Shown here: piece after piece, positions 1-11,765 of the stretch
Numbering within the stretch: position 1 is the stretch's first letter
Layout of the letters: every line of letters starts with the position of its first letter
The notes under the pieces: generated by a model
Database searches by the model: none
What the model was told of the DNA's origin: nothing
What the model saw: the letters and a program-made list of their open reading frames with translations, nothing else
NCBI GenBank assembly: GCA_002633005.1
Contig: NMRA01000071.1
Span: 306,197-370,196 of the forward strand
DNA from: Phoronis australis
Taxonomy: Eukaryota; Animalia; Phoronida
Direction of reading: 5' to 3'
DNA length: 64,000 nucleotides
Made by a program: the position numbers and the translations under genes

Positions 1-1641
1 TTGCTACGGGCATAGAATACAGGGTTTACAGAACATCGACCTCGGGAAACATCGGAATAGGAAAACGTCAGTTCTGGGTTATATCGGTCCCGGGACATTG
101 GGTCTTTTATAACCGCTGGAAATCTGAGTTCATTTTCAAATAAACCAGAGCCAAGCCGGTATACTCTTTCATTTAGGACTGTCGCTGTTCTTTGAAGTGG
201 TGCGCACGCGTGAGTTCACGCACTTGAATCGCTGGAGTAGGCCTACACTTTACGTTGGCGTGTGAAAGACAAATCATATTTCGCGCACGTAGCGCCAGAA
301 ACAAGTAAAGGGTTGAGAATTTCTTGGCAACTGAAAGTAAAGACGTGACCGTCATTAATAAGGTTGTCATTTTCACTTTAGCTGTCTTAATCCGATAAAA
401 GGCAGAAGCACATCTCAGTCTAAGTCACGATTGTCTGCGGTAGGAAGATTTCAACCTAGCCTCCTAGTGTCTTCAGTGTGAGAGCCAATCGAATTGGAGA
501 GGCTTTCATGTGTCAAAAAGCGGGACATTTTGATAGTGTGGCAGGAAGACGAACAAACTTTCAGTAAGGCGAGTAAGGACTTTTTAAGTGATAATTTTAG
601 GAGTAAAATGTATTTGACGGGGTGAAAACCTCTTATTCGGTAACCGGATTTACTATTCAGCCTACCCGCCTACTGCCTGGCACTCGTCACTGCCTGTTTA
701 AAACACACACATTATGAACTTGGTACGGAAAGTAATGGTCCACAACAGAATAAAGCTAGATAATAATTCCATGGATACTGCATGTAAAATTGAATACCTC
801 GCCAATCGTGGCATCGGGCGGTGTTTCAATTTCCTGTTTTTCTTTTGGAGTTTTCACCCAAACTTTAATCGTTTCAGCTGATTCAGAGTCGGCCATATTG
901 GTTTATATAGATGGTACTACAAAAAACGTAAATTTTAAATTAAATTGACAATTTACAAGAAACTATGTTAATTTCAAGTTAAAAAATTCAAATATTCGTC
1001 TAAAACCGTCTTGGAATAGAGGTATAATTTATATTTTAACTATTTTTTCATTTTACATTGTTTGGTTTATAGGATAGCCTTCTATACATATAGTGCTGCG
1101 TCATCCATTTATAGACCCTATTCACGCCGACAGGTAGCGCGTTCCAAAACGAGGCTTACGATAGCTCTGGTGGCTTAGTTAGCGTAGTTGTACTCCGCGT
1201 TGCACGAAAACTGAAGGAGCTAGAAAAAAATACGGACACTCAACTGTCTGTTTTAGAATCCTTATGGATGTTGGGATTCGGAAGCGTTGGGTCCTTGCGA
1301 CGAAGGAAAATATGTCCGTGTAAAATTTATAACTGTTTTCGAATCATACTGAACTTNGGGGGGGGGGGGCAAAATACATAAAAAAAACAAGTGAAATGGA
1401 TCTGTTGACTAGAAAAATATGTTACAAAGTGACTAAAAATATTCTATGTAGAAAATAAACTACCATATGAAAAAGTAACAATCACAAAACATAAGAACTA
1501 ACACCAATTAACAACAAGGTAGCATAGTAGGAGTTTAATAAACATATAACAGAACTGAACAGACCTACCCGCGCGAACGAGCATCCCTGGAACAGTCTTC
1601 CAATTTTGAGCGAAATGTAAATTTAATGTAAATAGTGACTA

Positions 1642-3361
1642 CTATGCTACTAATCCCAGATCTAAAGACGGTCTATAGAGACGCTGAGCATTCCGAGTAG
1701 TCTGCTGAGCCACCGGAATGTTACGATATTTGGCAACTACTTCAGCGACTTCTCCAATAAACTGTGGGTAGTTAGGTCGCTCGCGCAAGCACAGGTAGTG
1801 AGGCGAATCAGTCTCCAACAGAAGACGGTCTTCGGGCACCTCCCGTAACGCTTGGACGTGCCAGCAGGTAAAGGTGTTACAACTACCAGAGAACCCGAAG
1901 TAGCAATTCGGGAACTCACGGTGGAAGTTACTCACTGCCACGGAATCGCCGGTGAAGGTATGAAGATGGATTATCTGGGATATAGCTGCTCTCTAAGAAT
2001 GTCGAAAGCAGTGTGCAAGCCCCACTCATAATTTGAGCCTGGTGGCGCTGCCCTGATGTGAAGAACCACCACCTTGTCCCGAACACTCTTATGACGACGT
2101 CCAAGGCTGGCGAACTCCGAAATCAGACCTTCCACAAACCGGCGCTGATGTTTTTCCTTTCCCAAAGCTTGTTCAAATCCGATCTCCCCCAGACCGGCAA
2201 CTTCAGGTTCCCGCAAAAGACGGAAAAAGGTAATCCTAGCATTACCCGAAAAGCTGGACTCCTGTTTCGGATGCACACCAATGACTGCCTTGAACCCCGG
2301 GGAAGAGCTCTTAGGTACTCCTTAAGTGGATGACGGGAGTACACCGCCCAACGGCTTGATTGGATGGGATGGTATTCTGCGAAGCTTAGTCGCTAAAAGG
2401 TCCAAGACGGGCAGCAGAATACTTCCACAGACGTTACCTCTGGACCGATAAGCCGATGTTAGGCGGTCCATATCAAAATGCGAGTCGACTGCCCCTTCCA
2501 AGGTGGGGGTTGAAGATGTAGTAGGTGCCGAGGATGGCACACTGGCAGGTTGAGGAAACTGAAAAGGTTCCGATGATGATGACGGAACTACGAGCCTCTG
2601 AGAGCTGGTTGGCGACAGCATAGGTCCGGGTGGAAGTTCACACGGTCCATCATCAAAAGATAGTGCCCACACAGAGCGGTTCGGCTCGGGGATTCTCGCC
2701 ATCAACTGCAACACTACGAAACAGTGCATGCAGAGACCCAGGTTGACCACCCTCCCACAGAAAACTAAAGGGCCTGAAGGCATAGGCCACCCCAGGACTT
2801 TGCAGGAGATCATTACATGAAGTTCGTCTTCCACGGTTACAGGAGGAACGTGGAGCGCGCTTCTCATTGCCAGGCCAGCAAGGTCCAGAAGATCTTCATA
2901 AAGCTGAAGTTTCCTTCCCCTAATTTGCAAGAAAAGGGATCGACTTCAGTGCCTGAAACCGTGCACACTGAAAAGTGGAGGATGACAAGCGCTGGACGGG
3001 GTCAACCTTGAACACTGACGGTAGGTGGTTTTTCAAGTTGTGCTCACGTACAATCGTACCCTTGGCGACGAAACCACAGAGGGGACAAGCGAACCTCCCT
3101 CTTTCAAGGTTCCCTTTTTTAGGAACTGGCCTGGTTGGTTCGTGAACGTACACGGGACATCACTGGAATGATCGCATGGAGTGACATCTTTTGACACGGC
3201 AGGGGTGCCAGAAGAATCACTCACATCCATAGGTTCCGAGGATATAGGTGTCTCATTAGACACAGGAAGATCCTGCACGTCACGGGAGCCCTCGGAGAAG
3301 TTCACCCGCGGAAGGTCCGGGTTGGTGTTTAGTCGGACATCCGTACAAGAGATAACAATTT
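1642..3361 (-). pseudogene. Transposon-borne extra ORF (frameshifted): Ser/Pro-rich N-terminus, CxxC...HxxxxH Zn-finger-like segment, TatD-family DNase domain
   Basis: TatD motifs occur in the expected order across frameshifted ORFs: AVDSHFDMDRL (~2490), (G)MHPK (2276), VAGLGEIGFE, VVLHIR, IHLHTFTGD (~1970-1945), YFGFSG, VPEDRLLLETDSPHY, NYPQFIGEVA. Upstream is CPLCGF...EHNLKNHLP (2920-3153 ORF). Confidence 0.85.
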
Positions 3362-3379
3362 CTGCAACAAAAAGGAAAG

Positions 3380-3727
3380 TTAAGGCTTGCACCGAGGACA
3401 CCAGTAATCATCCATATCGCGTGCATCATCAGCCGCGATACTAACACATTTCCCATGAAACTAATCGTCACAAGAGTCACACTGGATCATGAGGCCACCA
3501 TGGTCGGGCTGACGACACACACAATACAACTGATCAGCAGTGTCGGGAGTCTGGTTAACTACGTTAACTATTCGTTGCAGCCAAACAGGAAGGTCAGCAT
3601 GACGAGTTTTACACAGTTTAATACAATTATGGTAAGTAACTGAGACAGTATTCTTCACACGAACTCTGTACAGGGGAGGTGTTAGAACTTCTATAACAAT
3701 ACCAGGTCTCCTGCAGGGAGACGACAC
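3380..3727 (-). mobile_element. Gypsy-type integrase C-terminus (GPY/F-like region) fused to a C4HC3 PHD finger; end of pol
   Basis: Translation SSPCRRPGIVIEVLTPPLYRVR...YHNCIKLC, then LYCVCRQPDHGGLMIQCDSCDD*FHGKCVSI...YWCPRCKP-stop. The internal TAG (3461-3463) falls where PHD fingers have a conserved Trp; the terminal TAA is at 3380-3382. Confidence 0.85.
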
Positions 3728-6700
3728 ACGCCCTTAGTTGAAGCAGTGTCTATGTAGCTGGATGCAAGTACATTGATTTCATGAATAAACTTCTTGATAA
3801 GGGATTTGCAGAAAAGGTTCCGATTATTGAGCTTGAGCTGGAAAACGGTTTCGTAAACTATATACCCCATCATGGCATATTTCATGCCAAGAAGCCTAAA
3901 AATTTAGAGTACTTTTTGATTGCAGCGCCAAGTTTCTAGAAGTATCCCTCAACGATCATTTATTATCTGGACCTTAATCTGACAAACACTTTAATTGGTT
4001 TCTCTGTCGTTTTAGACAAGACAGGGTAGCCCTCATATGCGATATTGAAGCAATGTTCCATCACTTTCACGTAGACGAGAAACATAAAAACTTCCTTAGG
4101 TTTTTGTGGTGGGAGCATGGTAATATAGATTTTGAACCCTGTGAGTATCGTATGACAATGCATCTGTTCGGGGCCACCTCTTCCCCAGGACGTGCGAACT
4201 TTGGGTTCAAATTTAATACCTCCAAATATGAATGTGAATTTGGTCCCGACGCCGTAAAATTTGTTCACAGAAATTTTTATGTGGACGACGTACTCGTGAA
4301 AGTGCCGACACAAGGAAGCGGTTACTTTGATTGAAAACACCAAGCTCTATGCGCTAAAGGTGGATTAAGATTGCACAAGTTTATGCCCAACTCTAAAACA
4401 ATGATGGAGTCACTTGATCCTCAGATATCTGAGCTTGATCCTAATGATCACTCACGTCAACTAAATGATGTGGATCTCTTGCACGATAGTCTTCCACTGG
4501 AAAAAGCATTCGGCGTGCATTGGTGTGTTGAATCGGACACTTTCCAATTTAGAATTACTCTGCAAGATAAGGCACTTTCCAGACGAGATATTTTAGCCAT
4601 TGTACCTTCTGTGTATGACCCCTTAGGTTTACTTGCTCCTGTCGTTTTACGAGGGAAGCAAATCTTGCAACAACTCTGTAGTGATCATGTAGACTAGGAT
4701 TGTTCCCTTCCAGAAGGTGTGAGGGCTCAGTGGGAACTATGGAGAAATCGTCTTCAAGAGTTAGAGAGTTTGAAAATCGAAAGGTGTTATAAACCACAGG
4801 CTTTAGGTGACATTTTGTCTGTTCAATTACATAGTTTCTCTGATGCTTGTAATGTTGGCTATGAGGAATGTTCCTACCTCCGTCTGAAGAATTCACTGTG
4901 CCTTAGTTATGGTCAAAAGTAGAGTTGTGCCTTTACGACCAGTTACGGTACCCGGATTGACAGCCGCTGTAGTAGCAGTTACAATCAGTTCGATTCTAGT
5001 GAAAGACTTAGAGTACGACAACATCAAGGACTTTTTCTGGACAGATAGTCAGATTACACTTGGTTACATCCAGAACGACGCCAAACGGTTCAAAGTATTT
5101 GTTGGCAATCGTGTCCAGCAAATACGGGAACACAGTGATCCCTACCAATGGAGGCACGTTAGCACAACCGAAAACCCGTCCGATTTGGCCTCAAGAAGTA
5201 TCGATTCCAGTAGTTTTGTTGGTCGTTCTGAATGGCTTTCAGGCCTTAGTTTTTTATGGAATGATGAATTTCTCTCGCATGATTTTGACATTTCAGATGT
5301 GCATCTCTCTGACGATGACCCTGAAGTTAAATGAGTGAAATCATTAGCGACTCAGTTCCCGCAGTTTATTGAGTCTGGTCGATTAGAAAGGTCTTCTGAT
5401 TGGTTCTGAGCCAGAAGAGCTATTGCCAATTGTATGAAGCTCAAGTCTAGACTGAGAAATCGCTCGAGTAATGCTAATGTTGACATGTCTGTTACAGTGC
5501 AAGATCTTCAAACGGCCGAAGTTGAAATTATCAAATCGGTCCAGAGAAATACTTTTGAAGCAGATGTTTCTACTCTTTTAAGCTCTACTGACCGAGCGTT
5601 AAAGAGATCTAGTCCGCTACTATCGTAGTACCCATTCTTAGATGCAGATGGCGTTCTGGTCGAATTAAACGTGCTAAGATGTCACGTGAGTTCAAGCACC
5701 CTGTGATTTTGCCACGTACGCATCATGTTACCCAATTGCTTATTAAAGATTTTCATGAACAACTTCAGCACCAAGGTCGTGGTTAAACTACTAATGAAAT
5801 ACGATCCAACAGTTATTGGATTATTGGCTTTAGTACTGCTGTTTCACACTTAATACATAATTGCGTTACATGCAGAAAGCTCAGATCTACCACTTGCGTA
5901 CAGAAGATGGCTGATTTGCCCGATGACAAATTAGAGCCCTCGACACCTTTTGCATATTGTGGAGTTGATTATTTTGACCCTTGGTATGTTAAGAGTGCTC
6001 GTAAGTCAGTTAAACGTTGGGCTTGTGTTTTCGTATGTATGTCGTCGAAAGCTATCCATATTGAACTATGCAATGATCTTACTACTGATTGCTTCATCAA
6101 TGCATTTAGACGTTTTTCGGCGTTGAGAGGCCCAGTTCGACTTTTGCGTTCCGACCAAGGAACCAATTTTATTGGCGCTCTAAATGAGCTTAAGACTGCG
6201 ATTAACGAACTTGATATTGATCAGATTAAGCACTGTCTATTGAGGAAGGGTTGCGACTATACTGTTTTTATGATGAATGTACCTCATGCCAGCCACATGG
6301 GCGGCATGTGGGAGATACAGATTCGTACCATTAGATGTGTACTGTGCTCCATGTTAGATCAAAGTAGCTCTCAGTTAAATGATGAATCACTGAGAACTTT
6401 GATGTATGAAGTAACTTCGATTGTCAACAGTCGACCTCTGTCGGTTGATAATCTTGATGACCCATTAATTGTCCTTAGAGCCCCTCACTCCAAACCATCT
6501 CTTGACATTGAAATCTAAAGTTTTGATGTCGCTTCCTGGCGCATTTGAGTCAGCCGATATGTACTCCAGAAAGATGTGGAGGCGAGTGCAACATTTAACA
6601 GAACTGATGTGTTTTGGTCTCGATGGAAATCCGAGTATTTGTCGAGTCTCCAAAAGAGACAAAAATGGACCAAACCAACGACTAATGTTAAGATTGGTGA

Positions 6701-7391
6701 TAGTTAAGTATGATAACTTGCCAGAGTTTGTGATGCTAATCTTAGTAAGGATGGTTTAGATCGCTCTGCTAGACTGACTGTTGGTGACCTCGATTGAATG
6801 CCAAGGGCAGGCGCAGCCTACTAATGGCGTTAAATTGATTGAGCGTCCAGTGCATAAGTTGATTATTTTGATCATTGTGACATTCACTGGCAGAATAGTG
6901 ACGTAGTTAATTTCTCGCACATGTAAGTTATGATATACCATATCGATTTGTATTGTATTGATTCTTGATTATATCTGCTTGATTTGTATAATTAAAATAA
7001 GTTAAACTTATTTTGAGGGGCGCTGTGAATGAAGTTAGCTCCGCCTACTGCGCATTGTGCTATGAGTTCTGTGAATACTAATTTGTTTAGGCCTGACAGA
7101 GTGCGCTCAGGTCGCTGAGACCGAGCCCGGGTTATACGGCATGTTCAGGCACTCTTGCAAATATTGTCACACTGGTCAGATGCGTTCTAGTCACTGTGCG
7201 AGTCTCAAGACATCATTATGGTAACATTTACTGTCATTTGCCGTTTTTCTTGCAATTGCGTTCTATTTTGCGAATTATGTGTCCGTGAAAAGTTACTGAA
7301 TATTTTGCGTCTTCCACTAATTTCACCGGACGGACGGACAGACACACATGTCATTTGTAATGCGTTGCGAAATAAAGCGTACCGTGTAACA
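3728..7391 (+). mobile_element. Degenerate BEL/Pao LTR retrotransposon, 5'-deleted (RT, RNase H/peptidase A17 region, integrase, 3' LTR)
   Basis: Motifs YIPHHGIF, SLNDHLLSGP, DIEAMFHHF, NFYVDD, SVYDPLG, LHSFSDAC, WTDSQI, ENPSDLASR, GVDYFDPW, SDQGTNF and HMGGMWE, with many stops and frameshifts. Purine tract ttttgaggggcgc precedes TGT at 7024. Confidence 0.93.
7024..7391 (+). repeat. 3' LTR of the BEL/Pao element
   Basis: Starts TGTGA just after the purine tract, has AATAAA near 7372, and ends TAACA at 7391, where the minus-strand Gypsy integrase frame resumes. Confidence 0.65.
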
Positions 7392-7445
7392 TGTTGTTTG
7401 ACTCGCATGCAGCTACAGTCTAAGATAAACACCAGATTGCCTGCC
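7392..7445 (-). mobile_element. Short Gypsy integrase segment left between the BEL and Kolobok insertions
   Basis: Reads (K)AGNLVFILDCSCMRVK, matching the GDxVxxL segment that lies between the YDL motif and the GPY/F region of Gypsy integrases. Confidence 0.65.
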
Positions 7446-8602
7446 TTAAAGGAGCATGCCACCCAAAAAACAACCTAATTTGTATCAATTTAGAACGAGT
7501 AGTTCTCCTCGATAGCGGTACGTACGGTTGCGTTACCTGACACCTGACGGCAGACGGAGGTGATGAAATTTTCCACTGACGTCATCGGTTTCACACGCAG
7601 TCTGTTCAGCAGTTCACAACACGGGTAACTGGTGTCAGCTTATCGCTTGAATTCATTGTTTAACACCAATAAATGATCAAACTTCGATGTAAAACCCTTA
7701 AAAATACACCGAGTTCTTATAAAAACGTGTTGTTTTATTTCACTGTTACGGATTTATTGGTATTTGGACACACCGTAGCCAACAAATTTCGGCAGTCCAA
7801 TTTACCAAGGTCCGTAGCAGGAGTTCGTGTTCTGTTCGGAGATAAATTCTAAGCATTTTTCCGTGAAATACAGACAGTAGGACCTAGATCTGTGTTGTTT
7901 AGACTTGTGTTTTTTAGTTCTAAACACAAAAAACGCTTGTTATCCCGGCCAGTGTCTCGGAACCCGATCAGGCCCGTCGCGGCCGGACTGACTCGTTATC
8001 CCGGCCAGTGGCTCGGAACCCAATCAGGCCCGTCGCGACCGGACTGAAGACATCACAAACATTAACCAGCCAAAGTTGGAAACTAAGCTTGAAGTCAAGA
8101 AAATACTATACTAGTGAGCTAAAGAAGTAATGTGCACGTGATTATTTTGGTGAAGCCACGAAACTGCAAATCTACTAAGGCCGATCGTCGGGGGCCGTGA
8201 ATTCAGGTTCCCGTTTGGCCACAGAACCGCCAGGGCAGAAGTTGTACACTGACAATCATTATTTGAATAATGTATAAGTAAATAAAGATTCCCCTAACAC
8301 CTGGCCGTGGGATGGAATATCGAGTAATTGTTTCACAACAGATTCTGTCAGCGAACACTGAATTAGCTTGCGCTCACACGGCCTCGGTGTCCGGTCAAAT
8401 TAGTTTTATTGCACCTGAAGCCGGTAACGCAGTGATTTATTCATTGCTGGCTTCTCAAATCATTTGCACTCACGAACACTCCACAGGCATTACAAATTGC
8501 ATCTAATGGGACACACTTTCTATCAGTTTTATATATAAGTATTGGTTAGGGTGAGAATAATACATTTTGAAACAGAACGCTTACTGAGTACTAAACGTCA
8601 AC

Positions 8603-8825
8603 ATGGACACTCGCAATCCCGACTTGGAGGAGTACTCATCTGACGAAGACTTCCCAGGTAGATCGTTAGTTTTCTCAGGATATCAGTTCGAACCAGCTAG
8701 AGTACACTGATCAAGAAGTATTAGAGAGGCGCCGTGAACGTGCACAAACAATGGAGCACATGGATAGTTCGGAAAACCGTCTCATGGTATCAGTGCGCTA
8801 ACTGCACCATAATGGAAACAACTGA
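8603..8825 (+). pseudogene. N-terminal remnant of the Kolobok accessory protein KolX (P2X7-ballast-like Cys-rich family)
   Basis: MDTRNPDLEEYSSDEDF...GYQFEP followed by SWYQCANCTIMET resembles the (P)YxFEP...WCxCxxCxxM signature; truncated by the internal deletion. Confidence 0.6.
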
Positions 8826-8921
8826 TCCACGTTTCTTTGCTTCCTGCCAGCCGAACGCAAACACACTAGGCACAGCATCTGATTTCAGCCTCGGTTGCTT
8901 TTTCTGCCCTGGTATGAGCTG

Positions 8922-9149
8922 TTAGGCAAGACGGAATTTGTCAGTGAAATCACTGTCCACGAAATGTCGGCCACAGACACGGAGATGTTTCACGGCCTCG
9001 TACTTGGTATGAACTCCGTACTTGTCCTTTTTCACTGCCGCGAGCCACTTCCGAAGCATTCCGGGCTCTCGAGGAAATCGAAAAAACGATGTACCCGCTT
9101 TCCTCGCCGCTTCATAGTTCGAACAGGCAGGAACGACACACCACACCAT
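8922..9149 (-). pseudogene. THAP Zn-finger N-terminus of the Kolobok transposase (catalytic domain deleted)
   Basis: MVWCVVPACSN...FFRFPRE...RKWLAAV...LRVCGRHFVDSDF is a complete C2CH THAP signature. Confidence 0.9.
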
Positions 9150-9325
9150 GGCGGAATTCACTCTGCATACGAACCACTGACGTCGCTGCGGACTTTCTCA
9201 CCTTCCTCACAGGCTAACGCGACACCTCTCGGCAAGGTAAGGTCGACCGTGTACGAGCCGATGTGGCCCCAGACCGATTAAGACGGTAAAAAAGACTAAT
9301 TAAATCGGGTGGCATTAGCCTTTAA

Positions 9326-9774
9326 GAACACGTCAGTTTAAAAACAGATAGGTCATAAAGATTGATTAGTTTGTAGAACACTACGTGCAGTTTCATGTGC
9401 CTTTGAAATAGCAGCACAAAGTTTAACTACATACCCCGACGGACAGTCAATGTCAGCACCGAACGGTGAGTGACGTCACGACCCAACATCATCATATTTG
9501 GTGTTAAACCTGTATGGCGATTTACTGACGAACGGATCGCGCTAGCGATTTGAGGAATGTATAGATCCCATTCCGTCTGAAAAGTATTCACACAGCATCT
9601 TACCGCATCCATAAGGGTTCTATTGTAACGTTCAACTTGACCATTTGCAGAGGGTCTATACGGAGTTGTACGTGCCTTGTGGATGTGCAAAAGTTCACAT
9701 ACAGCACGGAATAAATTGCTTTCGAAATTTTTCCCTTGATCAGAGAAAATCTGGAAGGGATATCCAACATTCAC
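9326..9774 (-). mobile_element. Gypsy-type integrase catalytic core and helical region (5' part of the element missing)
   Basis: GYPFQIFSDQGKNFES...KARTTPYRPSANGQVERYNRTL...TGLTPNMMMLGR; after a frameshift YVVKLCAAISKAHETARSVL...YDL. Confidence 0.92.
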
Positions 9775-10040
9775 AACAATTAATTAAACACACGACACTT
9801 TTCTCTGAGTCCTTATTGCCAATAAGGACAGTCTTTATTCCGTTCCGTTCGTATGCTCGGAATAAAACTCTACACTCAACGGTACATTGGTGAAGTAACT
9901 GACCAAAAAATAAAAGGTAGGCCTACACGATATTTTGAAACATACTTGTTTCATTTTCAAGTGGAAATAAAATGACGCGGTAATGCCACCACAGAGCATA
10001 AGCTGGAGACATACACCGTGCAATGGGACGCGGCAGGTGT

Positions 10041-10927
10041 TGTAATGTTCTGCGTTGGACAGACAAAATCATCAAGTCCGAGTTTGACGGGATGATTTTA
10101 TTTACAAATTTCACTTGGAACGTCAGTGAAAACTTGTGAGAACCGTGTGAGAACTGTAAATCTATGAAAATACACAGAATACTCTAAATACATGGCAATA
10201 TTATATAAAACCGAATCTAAATTAAATTATTAACAATAGTCACTCTAAGAAACTAGTCAAAATTACTCAAATCTAACTGAATCGGTATATGAACTTTAAA
10301 TCACATTTACAAAACAACTTTTATCTTAAAACATATTATATCCTAGAACATTTCATAGCTCATAAACTCTAATGAGACTTACAGAAATTGCTCCCTTTGA
10401 TCTTATCCACGCATGAACATCCAATTCTTGTTTAAAACACTCCTTGAAACTCTACAGACTCAGTGATCTGCCTAAAATACTTGATTCTCCAAAGTTACTG
10501 AGCTTCCTCGTCTCCTAACTTTTTTCTTTTGAGAATGATGCTTATGTTTGCTCCAGAAATATTTATACTCTAAGATATGACTAAACATCACAATCACGGA
10601 CACTGGTCAAGGCATAAGTACATCGGTGTGGGTGTTTCTTAGAATCAACCCACTTAAAGTTGACCACTCCAAAACATATTTTGATGATCATATCCTGTTT
10701 GTCAGAACAACACTGAGAACTTAGCAGAACTAAAGCTTTTCTGAAGAAATTGCGCAATACTCAAGTTTACCACAACAAGTTGTTCACAATAACAAGTCCT
10801 GTTCTAAAATATTTGTGACTTTCAAAATAGTTAACTGATATTAATTAACACAATTGTTCATAAATTTAATCATCGATTTATAATAAATCGTTACATAATT
10901 CTAACATTGTTCATCAAAAATGTTACA
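10041..10927. mobile_element. Probable solo LTR (887 bp)
   Basis: TGTAA...TTACA termini flanked by the 5-bp direct repeat GGTGT (10036-10040, 10928-10932); no coding capacity seen. Confidence 0.65.
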
Positions 10928-10935
10928 GGTGTCAC

Positions 10936-11021
10936 CATGGGCGGCGCACCATAGGGGGCTGGGGGGGGGGGCTATATGGGGGGCTATAGCCCCCACTTTT
11001 TTCAGTGCTGCGCCGCCCATG
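10936..11021. mobile_element. MITE with 13-bp TIR; related copies at ~12517-12660
   Basis: CATGGGCGGCGCA...TGCGCCGCCCATG, flanked by GTCAC on both sides. Confidence 0.7.
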
Positions 11022-11765
11022 GTCACTTACTTTACTGACTTATGTTGCTTGAGTGTAGAGTTTTATTCCGAGCATACGAACGGAACGGAACAAAGACTGT
11101 CAATAACGAAAAGTGTCGTGTGTTTAATCAATTTTGCATATCGAAAAACTTGCTCCTGAACTACAGCCAGTCAACCACGTGACTAATATGCCAACTGATC
11201 AGTAAAGGTTACTTTTCCAGATAGGCACGAACAAAACAATTGAAATTGTGCCCCATATGTCCATACCTAATGAATGAGGACCTTTTAATGGTTTAAAATA
11301 TGGCTGGGTCATTTTGAAAATTTATTTTATAGGCTTACCTCGTTTGGAAATTCAGGTAGGCCCTACTGAAGTCTCTTACCACTCACCTATAGATTTGTGC
11401 CCGGCCATACCTGTAACTGTAATTGCGCTCTAATTTGAAAATACCATGAAAATACCAGTCTAACCAGATTATATTCGGTCCTCCGGCCTATTGTTACCCT
11501 AGTCTGCCAAGTTCAGTGAAAATCATGCCACGGGAGGGACTCGTGATTGCCATGGCGACAGCATCATCCATCCCAATTTTACAACTCAGATCAAAATCAG
11601 TGGTTTAAATGAGACTCCAAATCCTCCCGATCCGCTCAAGGGGAATCCTCACCATCCCCAATACAATGACATCCCCTTTCTCCCTCTCCCTCTAACGATG
11701 TAGCAAAGAGATGTACCTTCTACACAATATTAGTACCGGTACTGCCACTAGATAGCCCCTGTCCT

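Larger units (their letters stand above)
7450..9321 (-). mobile_element. Internally deleted Kolobok DNA transposon
   Basis: TTAA on both sides (7446-7449, 9322-9325). Imperfect 15-bp TIRs AGGAGCATGCCACCC / GGGTGGCATTAGCCT with RR...YY termini. Carries THAP and KolX-like remnants in convergent orientation. Confidence 0.85.
9778..11135. repeat. Inverted repeat pair (~9778-9904 and ~11021-11135)
   Basis: ttccgttccgttcgtatgctcggaataaaactctacactcaa and its reverse complement, with matching flanks. Confidence 0.8.

Noticed and set aside
1340-1580. Possible PPT and 3' LTR of the TatD-bearing element (minus strand gcgggtaggtc|TGT near 1562)
   Set aside because: The purine tract is weak and there is no second LTR or TSD to confirm it.
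1642-2500. Host TATDN gene or bacterial contamination
   Set aside because: Intronless, frameshifted and contiguous with integrase-PHD sequence, amid eukaryotic transposons.
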